DNA of 24,009 bases from a virus. Its lineage: Duplodnaviria > Caudoviricetes. The stretch is from the IMG/VR virus record IMGVR_UViG_3300043394_000086, positions 1-24,009 of that record. One strand, written 5' to 3'. This document shows, piece after piece, positions 1 to 7,788 of the stretch (positions are counted from its first letter, which is position 1; each line of letters begins with the position of its first letter). Below the pieces are notes generated by a model. That model searched no databases. It was not told the origin of the DNA and saw only the letters and a program-made list of their open reading frames with translations. Position numbers and translations under genes: made by a program.

Positions 1-1
1 G

Positions 2-97
2 GGTGGGGGAGCCGCCGACCCGATCGTCGGCACCGGCCAAGAGGAGAAGAAGGAATACGAAGACTTCTTCTCGGCGATTAAGAGCGGACTGGCTTGA
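2..97 (+). CDS. 3' end of upstream gene, probable capsid scaffolding protein (partial)
   Basis: Frame 2 reads GGGAADPIVGTGQEEKKEYEDFFSAIKSGLA* (TGA at 95-97) and is followed by a terminator. A flexible linker plus short amphipathic C-terminal helix directly upstream of the capsid gene is typical of scaffolds (inference). Confidence 0.55.
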   Translation, partial: GGGAADPIVGTGQEEKKEYEDFFSAIKSGLA

Positions 98-104
98 AGT
101 TACT

Positions 105-151
105 CCCCGCCCGACACGCCGATTTGACGCGGCCTCGGGCGGGGTTATTTT
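105..151 (+). terminator. Intrinsic terminator after the upstream gene
   Basis: 10-bp stem CCCCGCCCGA (105-114) / TCGGGCGGGG (135-144) followed by TTATTTT (145-151), starting 8 nt after the stop codon. Confidence 0.75.
124..151 (+). promoter_or_regulatory. Putative sigma70-type promoter embedded in the terminator
   Basis: TTGACG (124-129), 16-nt spacer, TATTTT (146-151). Same spacing as the promoter at 363-390. The predicted start (~157-159) coincides with the 5' edge of the structured element. Confidence 0.5.
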
Positions 152-155
152 GTGG

Positions 156-340
156 GCGATAGCGGTCACCATGCCGCTACCGTTTCCGGTGAATAAATTC
201 TAGAATAGCCGGCATCTCCGCCCGAACCGTCACCGTATGGTGTGCCTGCTTGTTGCGCCGAGCTAGGGCGGAGATCTTTACTCCTCCGGAAACTTCGGTG
301 ACCGGACGCAAGGGAGGGGGCAAATTGTCCCCCTCCTTTC
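156..340 (+). ncRNA. Candidate structured non-coding RNA (~185 nt), family not recognised
   Basis: Nested perfect helices 163-170/297-304, 182-189/286-293 and 214-223/266-275; imperfect helix 191-197/277-283; crossing pairing 173-179/206-213. Bounded by a promoter-like element and a 3' GC hairpin. No convincing ORF. Confidence 0.6.
310..340 (+). terminator. GC-rich hairpin, possible 3' end of the candidate ncRNA
   Basis: GGAGGGGG (313-320) / CCCCCTCC (329-336), extendable with AAG/TTT. Only a short T run follows (337-339), so it would be a weak terminator. Confidence 0.45.
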
Positions 341-362
341 GCATGTGTAATAACCCCACAAT

Positions 363-390
363 TTGACAACCCTCTAAACGGGCGTAATTT
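363..390 (+). promoter_or_regulatory. Putative sigma70-type promoter for the capsid operon
   Basis: Consensus TTGACA (363-368), 16-nt spacer, TAATTT (385-390), about 190 nt upstream of the capsid ATG. Confidence 0.6.
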
Positions 391-577
391 AACCTCACGT
401 TTACGGGTAGCGGTCAATCATCCGGTAGAAATCAGGAAAAGTTAGATTCGCGTGGAAGCCCGGTCCGCGACGGGAAGAGAAAACCAAGTTGGTGTCTATT
501 ACCGCGCCCGGACCGCATGTGCGATCTCCGAACAAGGCGAAGTAATAACGCCATAAAATAAGGAGAATACAAGCACT

Positions 578-1753
578 ATGGCTTGCAATAACATCGAAGC
601 TCTCTTCGTCGAACATGCCGGACTGATCCGGAACAATGTCGCGAAGAACATCATCAACTCCGATTTCTACCTGAAGTATCTGCCGCGTGAACAGTGGATG
701 GATGGTCAGGGGACGGAATATCAATACCCGATCTACGAGCGCACGCTCTCGTCCAGCCCGGTTTCTTTCACTTCGTGGGAGTCCTCGGACGGCGAAGCGG
801 GTGGTCAGTGCCAAGTCGCCGGTCAGTCGATCGACAACTTCGGCATCACCCTGCGTTCCACCAGCCTCAAAAAGGCCGCGCTGAACTCGCCCGACATCTG
901 CTTGGACGACCTTCAGTTCGCCTGGCAGGTCGAAGATCAGGTCAAAAACATCGTTCGCGTTCTTTCCGAGAACACCAAATGGGTGTGGACCAACGCTTAT
1001 CAGGACGAGTATATCGCGGCTTGCGGCACCAAAATGGTCGCGGCTCCGAACCTCCCGTCCGGTAGCTCGTCCTTCCCCGTGACCCCGGCCACCAGCAAAT
1101 TGACCTGGGGTATCTTGGAAGCGATCTACGAGCAGCTTGGCTACAATGGTGGCGGCATCAATCCGTTTGCGCGTGTTGATGAGATGACCCCCATCTATGC
1201 CGCTGTCGGCGAGCGTTTCACGTTCCATGACCTCAAGCGCCAAGACGCCAACACCCGTGACGACTTCCGTTACGCTTTCGAAGGATCGGAGACTCAGTCC
1301 CCGATGCTCGGAGCGCCCGGTCTCTCCGGCGTGTATCGCGGCTACCGCTTCTTCACGATCGAGTTCCCGCCTCGCTACGACTTCGTCGGCGGTGCGTGGG
1401 TTCGTCGTGAGCCCTTCGCGTCGACCCCGACGACCAAGGGTGACAAGTGGGAAGTCTCGGATCTGTATAAGAATGCCGAATACACCGACACCGTGATTTA
1501 TCACGCCGACGTGTTGAAGGTTCTGATTCCGAAGCCCAAGACCCGCGCCCCGATGACCTACAACCCCCAGTATAGCTGGACGGGTGAGTTCGTCTGGCGG
1601 AACATCCCGGACCGCGATTGCAACGTCGATTCTAACGTCGGCTTCTTCCGCGCCCTGTTCGCCTACGGCCCGAAAGTGGAGCGTCCTGACCTCGGCTTTG
1701 TGATCCGTCACAAACGCTGCGCTCGCGCCCTCGATCTGGTCGCTTGCTACTAA
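578..1753 (+). CDS. Major capsid protein (probable HK97 fold), 391 aa
   Basis: Typical size; TAAGGAG at 559-565; strongly C/G-ending codons suggesting high expression; lies between a scaffold-like gene and tail genes and is followed by a strong hairpin. Confidence 0.8.
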   Translation: MACNNIEALFVEHAGLIRNNVAKNIINSDFYLKYLPREQWMDGQGTEYQYPIYERTLSSSPVSFTSWESSDGEAGGQCQVAGQSIDNFGITLRSTSLKKAALNSPDICLDDLQFAWQVEDQVKNIVRVLSENTKWVWTNAYQDEYIAACGTKMVAAPNLPSGSSSFPVTPATSKLTWGILEAIYEQLGYNGGGINPFARVDEMTPIYAAVGERFTFHDLKRQDANTRDDFRYAFEGSETQSPMLGAPGLSGVYRGYRFFTIEFPPRYDFVGGAWVRREPFASTPTTKGDKWEVSDLYKNAEYTDTVIYHADVLKVLIPKPKTRAPMTYNPQYSWTGEFVWRNIPDRDCNVDSNVGFFRALFAYGPKVERPDLGFVIRHKRCARALDLVACY

Positions 1754-1758
1754 TTAAG

Positions 1759-1814
1759 TAGCTTCGCACACCACTCTGGGGGCCTGCACAGCCCCCAGAG
1801 TGTCAGCGGAGCTA
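1759..1814 (+). terminator. Strong stem-loop after the capsid gene (terminator, stabiliser or processing site)
   Basis: 12-bp perfect stem CACTCTGGGGGC (1772-1783) / GCCCCCAGAGTG (1791-1802) plus outer stem TAGCTTCGC (1759-1767) / GCGGAGCTA (1806-1814) with one G-U pair. No U-tract. Confidence 0.6.
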
Positions 1815-1825
1815 AAAGTTAGAGC

Positions 1826-2128
1826 ATGAACATTCCTTCACCGAGTCCGCTCGTTTTCCCCGCCACCCCCGAGGTGGTGTTTCCGCACCTGTGGATCAAG
1901 CGGCTGCTGTTGGAAAGCAACGCGGTCGACCGAGGAAAAATGGAAGCCGAGTTCCTGCCTTACAACGCCGACACCAAACAAATCGCCCCTGAAGGTTTCG
2001 TGCAGAAAATGTCGACCGACGATCTATGGGCGGCAATCAATGAAGTTCCGGAGGTCGCGGCGGCATATGCTGCTATATTAGAATGTGTCACGCCGATGAT
2101 GGCGTGGCTTGCAGAGAGAAACCAATAA
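1826..2128 (+). CDS. Hypothetical phage protein, 100 aa
   Basis: ATG start; fills the gap between the hairpin and the next gene; protein-like composition. Confidence 0.8.
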   Translation: MNIPSPSPLVFPATPEVVFPHLWIKRLLLESNAVDRGKMEAEFLPYNADTKQIAPEGFVQKMSTDDLWAAINEVPEVAAAYAAILECVTPMMAWLAERNQ

Positions 2129-2130
2129 CT

Positions 2131-2367
2131 ATGAAATTCCCTATTCCCGAAGGCATGGTGCCGCCCGATGGCGTCACCGAAGGCTCAACCTTTGACGCGC
2201 TCGCCACTCTTCGTCTCGAAGCTGATGGTCTGACCTTGGTCGCCATCGATGGGCTTCCTGTTGCGGAAGCCGAAGATGACGCCGAGGACATGGCTGAAGA
2301 CAAAGCCGAGATGTCCGAAGAGATGGGCTTTGATGAAGCCATCCGCAGCGGAATGACGGGGGAGTAA
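2131..2367 (+). CDS. Small acidic protein, 78 aa, with scaffold-like C-terminus
   Basis: ATG at 2131, 2 nt after the previous stop, is more plausible than the track's 2083 start. Reads MKFPIPEG...AEDDAEDMAEDKAEMSEEMGFDEAIRSGMTGE. Confidence 0.8.
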   Translation: MKFPIPEGMVPPDGVTEGSTFDALATLRLEADGLTLVAIDGLPVAEAEDDAEDMAEDKAEMSEEMGFDEAIRSGMTGE

Positions 2368-2371
2368 CCGC

Positions 2372-5215
2372 GTGATCGCCGACACGGAGCGTCTCATCGA
2401 CGGCTTCCGCGGCCTTCCTGCGGGAATGGATGGATCGAAAGATCCTCCGCTTACGCCAAGCGAAGCCGCTTGGTATGCCACGAATGTCACTTTTCGCGGG
2501 GGCAACGGGCCTAAGACCCGCCCTGGGTTCCGTGAGATTCCTCCGACGTATTGGCGCAACCCGCAGCCCATCAAGTCGGTGGACACGATCACCATCGACG
2601 ATGGAGTAGCGACCGTCAAAACTTCAACCAACCACGGCTACGACAACAAGGACAAGGTCATTGTCGAGGGAGCCACGCCCTCAGAGGTCAACGGGACTCA
2701 TGTCGTCACCACCACCGGAGCGGACACTTTCACGTTCAAGACTTCGGCCTCGGGATCGGTGACCGGAACCATCACAACGAGGCGCGATATTGATGCGGCT
2801 TATGCCGACGACTTCTTCGACGGCGAGACCAGTCGCGGAAGATTTATCGCCATCCAGGGTGCCATTTTGGTGCAGGGCGCAATCGTCTACCAAGACCCTC
2901 GCGAAGGAAACCCGTCGCAGATGATTGTGGTAGCCGACGGTAACATTTACACGCTCAATTTCGAGGACGCTTCGTGCTTCCTGCTCAATCCCACCGATGG
3001 CATTTCTCCTGATGTGCCTGTCTACATGACGCAGGCCGAGAGATTTCTCGTGATCCAGACGGGCAAAGACGAACCGCGGGTTTACGACGGTTATCTCCTG
3101 CGCCGAGCCAGCTACTACGGCGACCAAGTCATTCCGATCGGCAAGCAAATGGCTTACGGGCAGGGGAGACTCTTTGTTGCGGTCAACGAAGGAGCCGAGA
3201 TTGTTGCCGGTGACTTGGTGTTTGGTGGATCGACGACCAACGTCGCCATCACATCGTCGAGCGCGGCTAATCCTGCGGTCATCACAACGGCTAAAGATCA
3301 CGGCTTTGTCGCTGGCGATCAGATCACGATTCAAGGTCATAGCAGTAGCCCGCCGATCAACTCGACCTACACGGTAGGGACCACATCGAGCACGACGACC
3401 TTCACCATTCCGGTGGCAGTAACCAGTGCCGGAAAAGGGGGATTCGTCAGCCGGTTCAACGCCGGGCAAGACAGCGATCTTCTGCGGTTTACCGAAAACA
3501 CATTCCTCAACGAGGGCGGCAGCTTCGCCCCGACCGGAAAAGTCGGCCGGATCACGGGGTTGGTATTTCTCCCTGTGCAGGATACATCAACAGGTCAGGG
3601 CGACTTGATCGCGTTTTGCGAACGCGGAGCGGTGACCTTCCAAGTCTCGGCCCCGCGTGACCAGTGGAAGAATCTTCAGGGGTTCCAGCGCGTGCTCTTC
3701 GATAATATCGGGTCGACCAGCGACAGCATCATTCCCGTCAACGGGGATTTGTTTTTCCGGTCTCGCGAAGGCAACGGCATCCGAACCTACCGAAATGCCC
3801 GAGCCGAGGCCGACGGCTATGGCCAGACCCCAGTCAGCGCGGAGATCGATCCAGTTCTCAAACAGGACACGCAGTGGATGTTGGACCGCGTGAGCTTTGC
3901 CAACTTCGACAACCGTCTTTTGATGACCTGTCTGCCGAAACAGTATCCTCGCCGAGCCGCCACGCCGGAGTCAGCCGCCGAGTTCGCGGAGGAGCCGGTT
4001 CCCACGCTCTATGACGGTATCGCCGTGCTGGATTTCCAGTCGGTCTCGACCGGGCGCGGAAAGGCGGCAGCGGTGTTCGACGGCGTCTGGACTGGACTTC
4101 GCATCTACAAGTTGGTGCAGGGGACGTTCGACGGGGAACCGCGCTGTTTCGCTGTCTGTCAGCATGAGGATGCCACCGGACGGCGCAACGAAATCTGGGA
4201 GGTATCCCGCAGTGACGAATACGACACTCCGGTCGAAGGACCGCGACTCATCAACGCGGGCATCGTGACTCGCTCCTACGACTTTCGAGACACGATGAGT
4301 CTCAAGAAACTTCTCCGCTGCGATCTGTGGTTCGACGACATCGGAGGTGGACCGGACAATCTGTTCACTTGCTCACTGGCCTACCGTCCAGATGACTATC
4401 CGAACTTCACGACGTGGCAGACCTTCCAGCGAAACTTTGTCACTGAGTTCCGTTTGGTCGACAAGAACCTCTTGGCCTACACCGAGCGGATCGACGATGC
4501 CGCGTGGACCAAGACCAATGCCACGGTGACAGTCGATCTGGTGGCGAATCCGATTGGCCAAGTCGTCGATGCCGACAAGCTGGTCGATAGCACAGCCAAC
4601 GCCGCGCACTCGGCAACCGCGACCAGTCCGACCTTGGTTTCGGGGGGAACCTACACGTTCTCGGTCTACGCCAAGGCCGACGAGCGCGACCGAATCTATC
4701 TTCGCATGACCAGCACTGGGTCGGCCTTCAGCGCGACCAAAGAGGCATGGTTTCATTTGAGCGGAGTCGCCGGAACCGCGAGCAATGCCAGTTCTGGGAC
4801 AACCGCTCGCATCGAGGCTTTAGACGGTGGATGGTATCGCTGCTCGATCACCGCGGTCACCAACGGTGCTGGAACGACCGATTGCGTTGTCGGCTTGGCC
4901 GCAGCCGCGGGGCAGACAGACTTTATCGGCAACGACTTCGATGGTGTTTACATCTGGGGAGCCCAGTTGGAACAGGCCAGCGTTGCCTCCGACTACGACC
5001 CCGATCCGCCGCAGTTGATGAACTATTCCCGCGGCTACGCTCCACAGGTCCGTTTTCCGACGCCGCCCCGGACTGCCAACCTGGCGACTGACGTTCCTGC
5101 CTACTTGGGACATGACTTCACACTGCGCGTTAATTGGGCGGGTCACGCCCGACTCGGCCGTCTCATGTTGCATGGTCAGCGGGTCGTCGAAGCCGTCAAC
5201 GGAGGAACCCTATGA
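2372..5215 (+). CDS. Tail nozzle / tail tubular protein B-like (T7 gp12 / P22 gp10 class) with inserted beta domains, 947 aa
   Basis: GTG start after GGGGAG. N-terminal 'GFRGLPAGMD...P..L...A.NV.FRGG...TRPG' and beta-propeller-like segments (MAYGQGRLFVA, NGDLFFRS, FDNRLLMT) resemble podovirus nozzle proteins; size and position fit. Confidence 0.7.
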   Translation: MIADTERLIDGFRGLPAGMDGSKDPPLTPSEAAWYATNVTFRGGNGPKTRPGFREIPPTYWRNPQPIKSVDTITIDDGVATVKTSTNHGYDNKDKVIVEGATPSEVNGTHVVTTTGADTFTFKTSASGSVTGTITTRRDIDAAYADDFFDGETSRGRFIAIQGAILVQGAIVYQDPREGNPSQMIVVADGNIYTLNFEDASCFLLNPTDGISPDVPVYMTQAERFLVIQTGKDEPRVYDGYLLRRASYYGDQVIPIGKQMAYGQGRLFVAVNEGAEIVAGDLVFGGSTTNVAITSSSAANPAVITTAKDHGFVAGDQITIQGHSSSPPINSTYTVGTTSSTTTFTIPVAVTSAGKGGFVSRFNAGQDSDLLRFTENTFLNEGGSFAPTGKVGRITGLVFLPVQDTSTGQGDLIAFCERGAVTFQVSAPRDQWKNLQGFQRVLFDNIGSTSDSIIPVNGDLFFRSREGNGIRTYRNARAEADGYGQTPVSAEIDPVLKQDTQWMLDRVSFANFDNRLLMTCLPKQYPRRAATPESAAEFAEEPVPTLYDGIAVLDFQSVSTGRGKAAAVFDGVWTGLRIYKLVQGTFDGEPRCFAVCQHEDATGRRNEIWEVSRSDEYDTPVEGPRLINAGIVTRSYDFRDTMSLKKLLRCDLWFDDIGGGPDNLFTCSLAYRPDDYPNFTTWQTFQRNFVTEFRLVDKNLLAYTERIDDAAWTKTNATVTVDLVANPIGQVVDADKLVDSTANAAHSATATSPTLVSGGTYTFSVYAKADERDRIYLRMTSTGSAFSATKEAWFHLSGVAGTASNASSGTTARIEALDGGWYRCSITAVTNGAGTTDCVVGLAAAAGQTDFIGNDFDGVYIWGAQLEQASVASDYDPDPPQLMNYSRGYAPQVRFPTPPRTANLATDVPAYLGHDFTLRVNWAGHARLGRLMLHGQRVVEAVNGGTL

Positions 5216-5373
5216 GCGCCAATCCCAAAATTCTGATCACGTTGGATACCGACATCGAGGCCGACCAGAATTCATGGTCGGATCTTCCAGATGGATACTC
5301 CCTGCAAATCCAGAACTCTCCGGATCACGAGCTACTGCTCGATGACGATGGCAACCAGTTGCTCATCCAGTAA
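5212..5373 (+). CDS. Small acidic hypothetical protein, 53 aa
   Basis: ATGA overlap with the upstream stop; GGAGG at 5201-5205. Reads MSANPKILITLDTD...LLLDDDGNQLLIQ. Confidence 0.75.
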   Translation: MSANPKILITLDTDIEADQNSWSDLPDGYSLQIQNSPDHELLLDDDGNQLLIQ

Positions 5374-5392
5374 TAACACCGTATTTTAACAG

Positions 5393-6625
5393 ATGGCCAC
5401 GGCTTACACCTCGGACAAGAAAATCGGCGCACTCGACCCCATTACGGGGACGCTCTCGAACACTGATGAGATTGTCGTCAACAAAGGTGGGGACACGCTG
5501 AAAGCCACTGTCGGGCAGGTCGAGGAAGCCGTCTTTTCCTCAAAGACCTCGGCGGGGTCGCCGCAGTCTGGAGACGTTGTCGTGGTCCGGCGTGGATCTT
5601 TGATCCGTCAGTTGGAGACTCAAAATCTGATCCCCGACGGGGCAATCACCAAGGAGAAGATCGCCTCCTTGGCCGGCATCGAAGACACCAAACTGGCCAA
5701 GATCACAACGGCCGGCAAGGTGGGCGGTGGGGCGATTATCGACGGAACGATCGGGGGGTCCACCGCAGTCAATACTAGCGGAGCAATCACTACGTCAGGG
5801 GCTTTGTCGGCTGGCAGTGGAACCGTCGGCGGGGCGCTGACAGTAAGCGGTGTTCTGACTGCAAGTGGGGGAGTTGCCGGGAGTGTCGTCGGGAACGTGA
5901 CCGGAAACGCCAGCACGGCAACCAAGCTCTCCAGTGGTCGGACCTTCGAGTTGACCGGAGATGTCACAGGGTCGGTGTCCAGCGACCTGACCAGCGGGGC
6001 CAGTATCGCCGCGAGCATCGGCGACGGAACAATTGGTTCAAATAAAATTACAAATGCGGCTGTCACCGAAGCAAAACTTGCAAGCAGCGTGGCCGGTAAC
6101 GGACTAACTGGAGGTGCGGGAACTGCACTCGCAGTCAACGTCGACGATGCAACGCTGGAGATAAACACCGATGCCCTCAGAGTGAAAGATCTCGGTATTG
6201 GCAATGCGAAACTCGCAGATAGCGCGGTGACCAATTCGAAGGTATCCGCATCCGCGGCGATCGCGGGGACGAAAATTTCCCCCGCTTTCGGATCGCAAAA
6301 CATCAGCACGACCGGGACTTTGGCTGCTGGTGCAACCACGATTACAGGTGCGCTAGTTGCCAGTGGCGACATCACCGCGTTTTCCGATGCCAGAACAAAG
6401 ACTGATGTCGAGACGATCACTTCGGCTCTGGAGTTGGTGTCCCGTTTGCGCGGTGTCCGGTATACAAAGGACGGAAAGCGCGGGGTCGGCGTTATCGCGC
6501 AAGAAGTTCAGTCGGTCCTTCCGGAAGTTGTTGTAGAGGGGGAGCAATATCTTTCTGTGGCTTACGGTAACTTGGTTGGCCTGCTCATCGAAGCGATCAA
6601 AGAACTGAACGCTAAAATCAAGTAA
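5393..6625 (+). CDS. Tail fibre with C-terminal peptidase S74-type intramolecular chaperone, 410 aa
   Basis: G/S/T/A-rich shaft with 'AIT..KI / AVT.AKL' repeats. C-terminal GDITAFSDARTK...LRGV...GVIAQEV..VLPEVV...V.YGNLVGLLIEAIKEL is the S74 autocleaving chaperone signature (Ser-Asp at 6383-6388). Confidence 0.9.
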   Translation: MATAYTSDKKIGALDPITGTLSNTDEIVVNKGGDTLKATVGQVEEAVFSSKTSAGSPQSGDVVVVRRGSLIRQLETQNLIPDGAITKEKIASLAGIEDTKLAKITTAGKVGGGAIIDGTIGGSTAVNTSGAITTSGALSAGSGTVGGALTVSGVLTASGGVAGSVVGNVTGNASTATKLSSGRTFELTGDVTGSVSSDLTSGASIAASIGDGTIGSNKITNAAVTEAKLASSVAGNGLTGGAGTALAVNVDDATLEINTDALRVKDLGIGNAKLADSAVTNSKVSASAAIAGTKISPAFGSQNISTTGTLAAGATTITGALVASGDITAFSDARTKTDVETITSALELVSRLRGVRYTKDGKRGVGVIAQEVQSVLPEVVVEGEQYLSVAYGNLVGLLIEAIKELNAKIK

Positions 6626-7356
6626 TGGCCCTTCAATCCGCAGGAGCAATATCGTTCAGCCAAATCCAAGCGGAGTTTGGTGGGAGTAATCCCGTTTCTT
6701 TGAGCGAGTATTACCGCGGTGGTGGGAACGTCGCGAACGACCCGTTCGTGTATCAAGGAATCGACAGCGACATTCCGGCTTCCGGCGCAATACGTCTAGG
6801 CAATTTTCGGGGGACCACCAAGGGGAACACTTACGGAAATTATGTCGCAAGCCAGTGGTATACCGTGCCAGCCAACGTGAGGCGTATGCAAGTGTGGGCC
6901 GTCGGTGGTGGTGGTGGCGGATCTTCCGGAGGAACCGGAGGTGTTGCCGCCGGTGGTGGCGGTGGTGGCGGTGGCTACTCCTTCGGGCAGATCAACGTCT
7001 CTCCAGGGCAGTCCATTTATATTTATGTCGGAGGGGGAGCAGCCGGAGGAAGTGGGGGGTACAGCCGACCTGGAGGAACTGGAGGCACTTCTTCTTTTAG
7101 TTCCGTCTCTGCCAACGGCGGGGCTGGTGCCACTGGCGGTCCTTCGGGTGGCGGTGGTGTTGGGGGCAATGGTGGCTATGGAAACATCAACGCAGGTGCT
7201 CGCGGAGCGAACGGCGGAGTAGTCCGAGGGGGTGGAGGAGCCGCGGGCGCTGGTCATCCGTTGGGTGGATCCTATGGAGTCGGCGGCATTGGTGGGTCGA
7301 CCGAAGGCCAAGCAGCGGGCGGAGGCGTTCAAGGTTATATTAGATTAAGGAGATAA
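6625..7356 (+). CDS. Glycine-rich tail fibre tip / adhesin (T-even gp38-like arrangement), 243 aa
   Basis: TAATG coupling to the fibre gene; N-terminal MALQSAGAISFSQIQAEFGGSNPVSLSEYYRGG motif; 'YTVPANV..MQVWAVGGGGGG' Gly-rich domain ending GYIRLRR. Confidence 0.75.
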   Translation: MALQSAGAISFSQIQAEFGGSNPVSLSEYYRGGGNVANDPFVYQGIDSDIPASGAIRLGNFRGTTKGNTYGNYVASQWYTVPANVRRMQVWAVGGGGGGSSGGTGGVAAGGGGGGGGYSFGQINVSPGQSIYIYVGGGAAGGSGGYSRPGGTGGTSSFSSVSANGGAGATGGPSGGGGVGGNGGYGNINAGARGANGGVVRGGGGAAGAGHPLGGSYGVGGIGGSTEGQAAGGGVQGYIRLRR

Positions 7357-7359
7357 TTT

Positions 7360-7788
7360 ATGGCTCTCATCCCAGGAACACTACCGACCGGAACCAAATA
7401 TCCCAACGACCCCCAGTCGTTGCTGGACACTTTTGCTTCCTACCTTACCGCACCTGAAGCCAAGAAGAATCGCCCGACGGTAAGCGTGGTGACGCCTACC
7501 GCTGGTGGGACGGTCACTTTCAATTCTGGAGGGCAAGACGAAACACTTTACCTGAATCACGGTTCATCGATCGACGGTCTGACCATCGTGTTTCCTACGT
7601 CGGGAACCAGTGTTGTCGGGCAAACCTTGCGCGTTTGGGGCAAGTCCGCGGTCACGGCAAGCCCTGGCACGGTGACGCTCAACAAGCAAAGTCAGACTTT
7701 CGTGGGCTCCGACCCGTCCACTCTCTCCGCTGCGACTACCTACGAATGGCAGAAGGTAGCCAGTGATACTTGGATCCGCGTCCACTAA
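7360..7788 (+). CDS. Hypothetical virion/tail-associated protein, 142 aa
   Basis: TAAGGAG ribosome-binding site; T/S/G-rich beta-type sequence ending in ..W.RV; lies within the tail cluster. Confidence 0.8.
   Translation: MALIPGTLPTGTKYPNDPQSLLDTFASYLTAPEAKKNRPTVSVVTPTAGGTVTFNSGGQDETLYLNHGSSIDGLTIVFPTSGTSVVGQTLRVWGKSAVTASPGTVTLNKQSQTFVGSDPSTLSAATTYEWQKVASDTWIRVH

Noticed and set aside
141-361. Complementarity GGGGTTATT (141-149) / AATAACCCC (349-357) as MITE-like terminal inverted repeats
   Set aside because: Only 9 bp, no target-site duplication seen, and it overlaps the terminator and promoter. It may be chance or an alternative pairing.
3-417. Short ORFs 3-203 (+), 166-417 (-) and 177-398 (-)
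   Set aside because: No SD, Arg/Pro-rich non-protein-like composition, and they overlap a terminator, promoters and the base-paired element.
401-1711. 436-aa minus-strand ORF
   Set aside because: Antisense shadow of the strongly codon-biased capsid gene; no ribosome-binding site or protein-like motifs.
5620-7332. Minus-strand and alternate-frame ORFs over the fibre and adhesin genes (including the Trp/Arg-rich 6855-7100)
   Set aside because: By-products of GGT/GGC glycine runs and low-complexity Thr/Ala/Ser codons.
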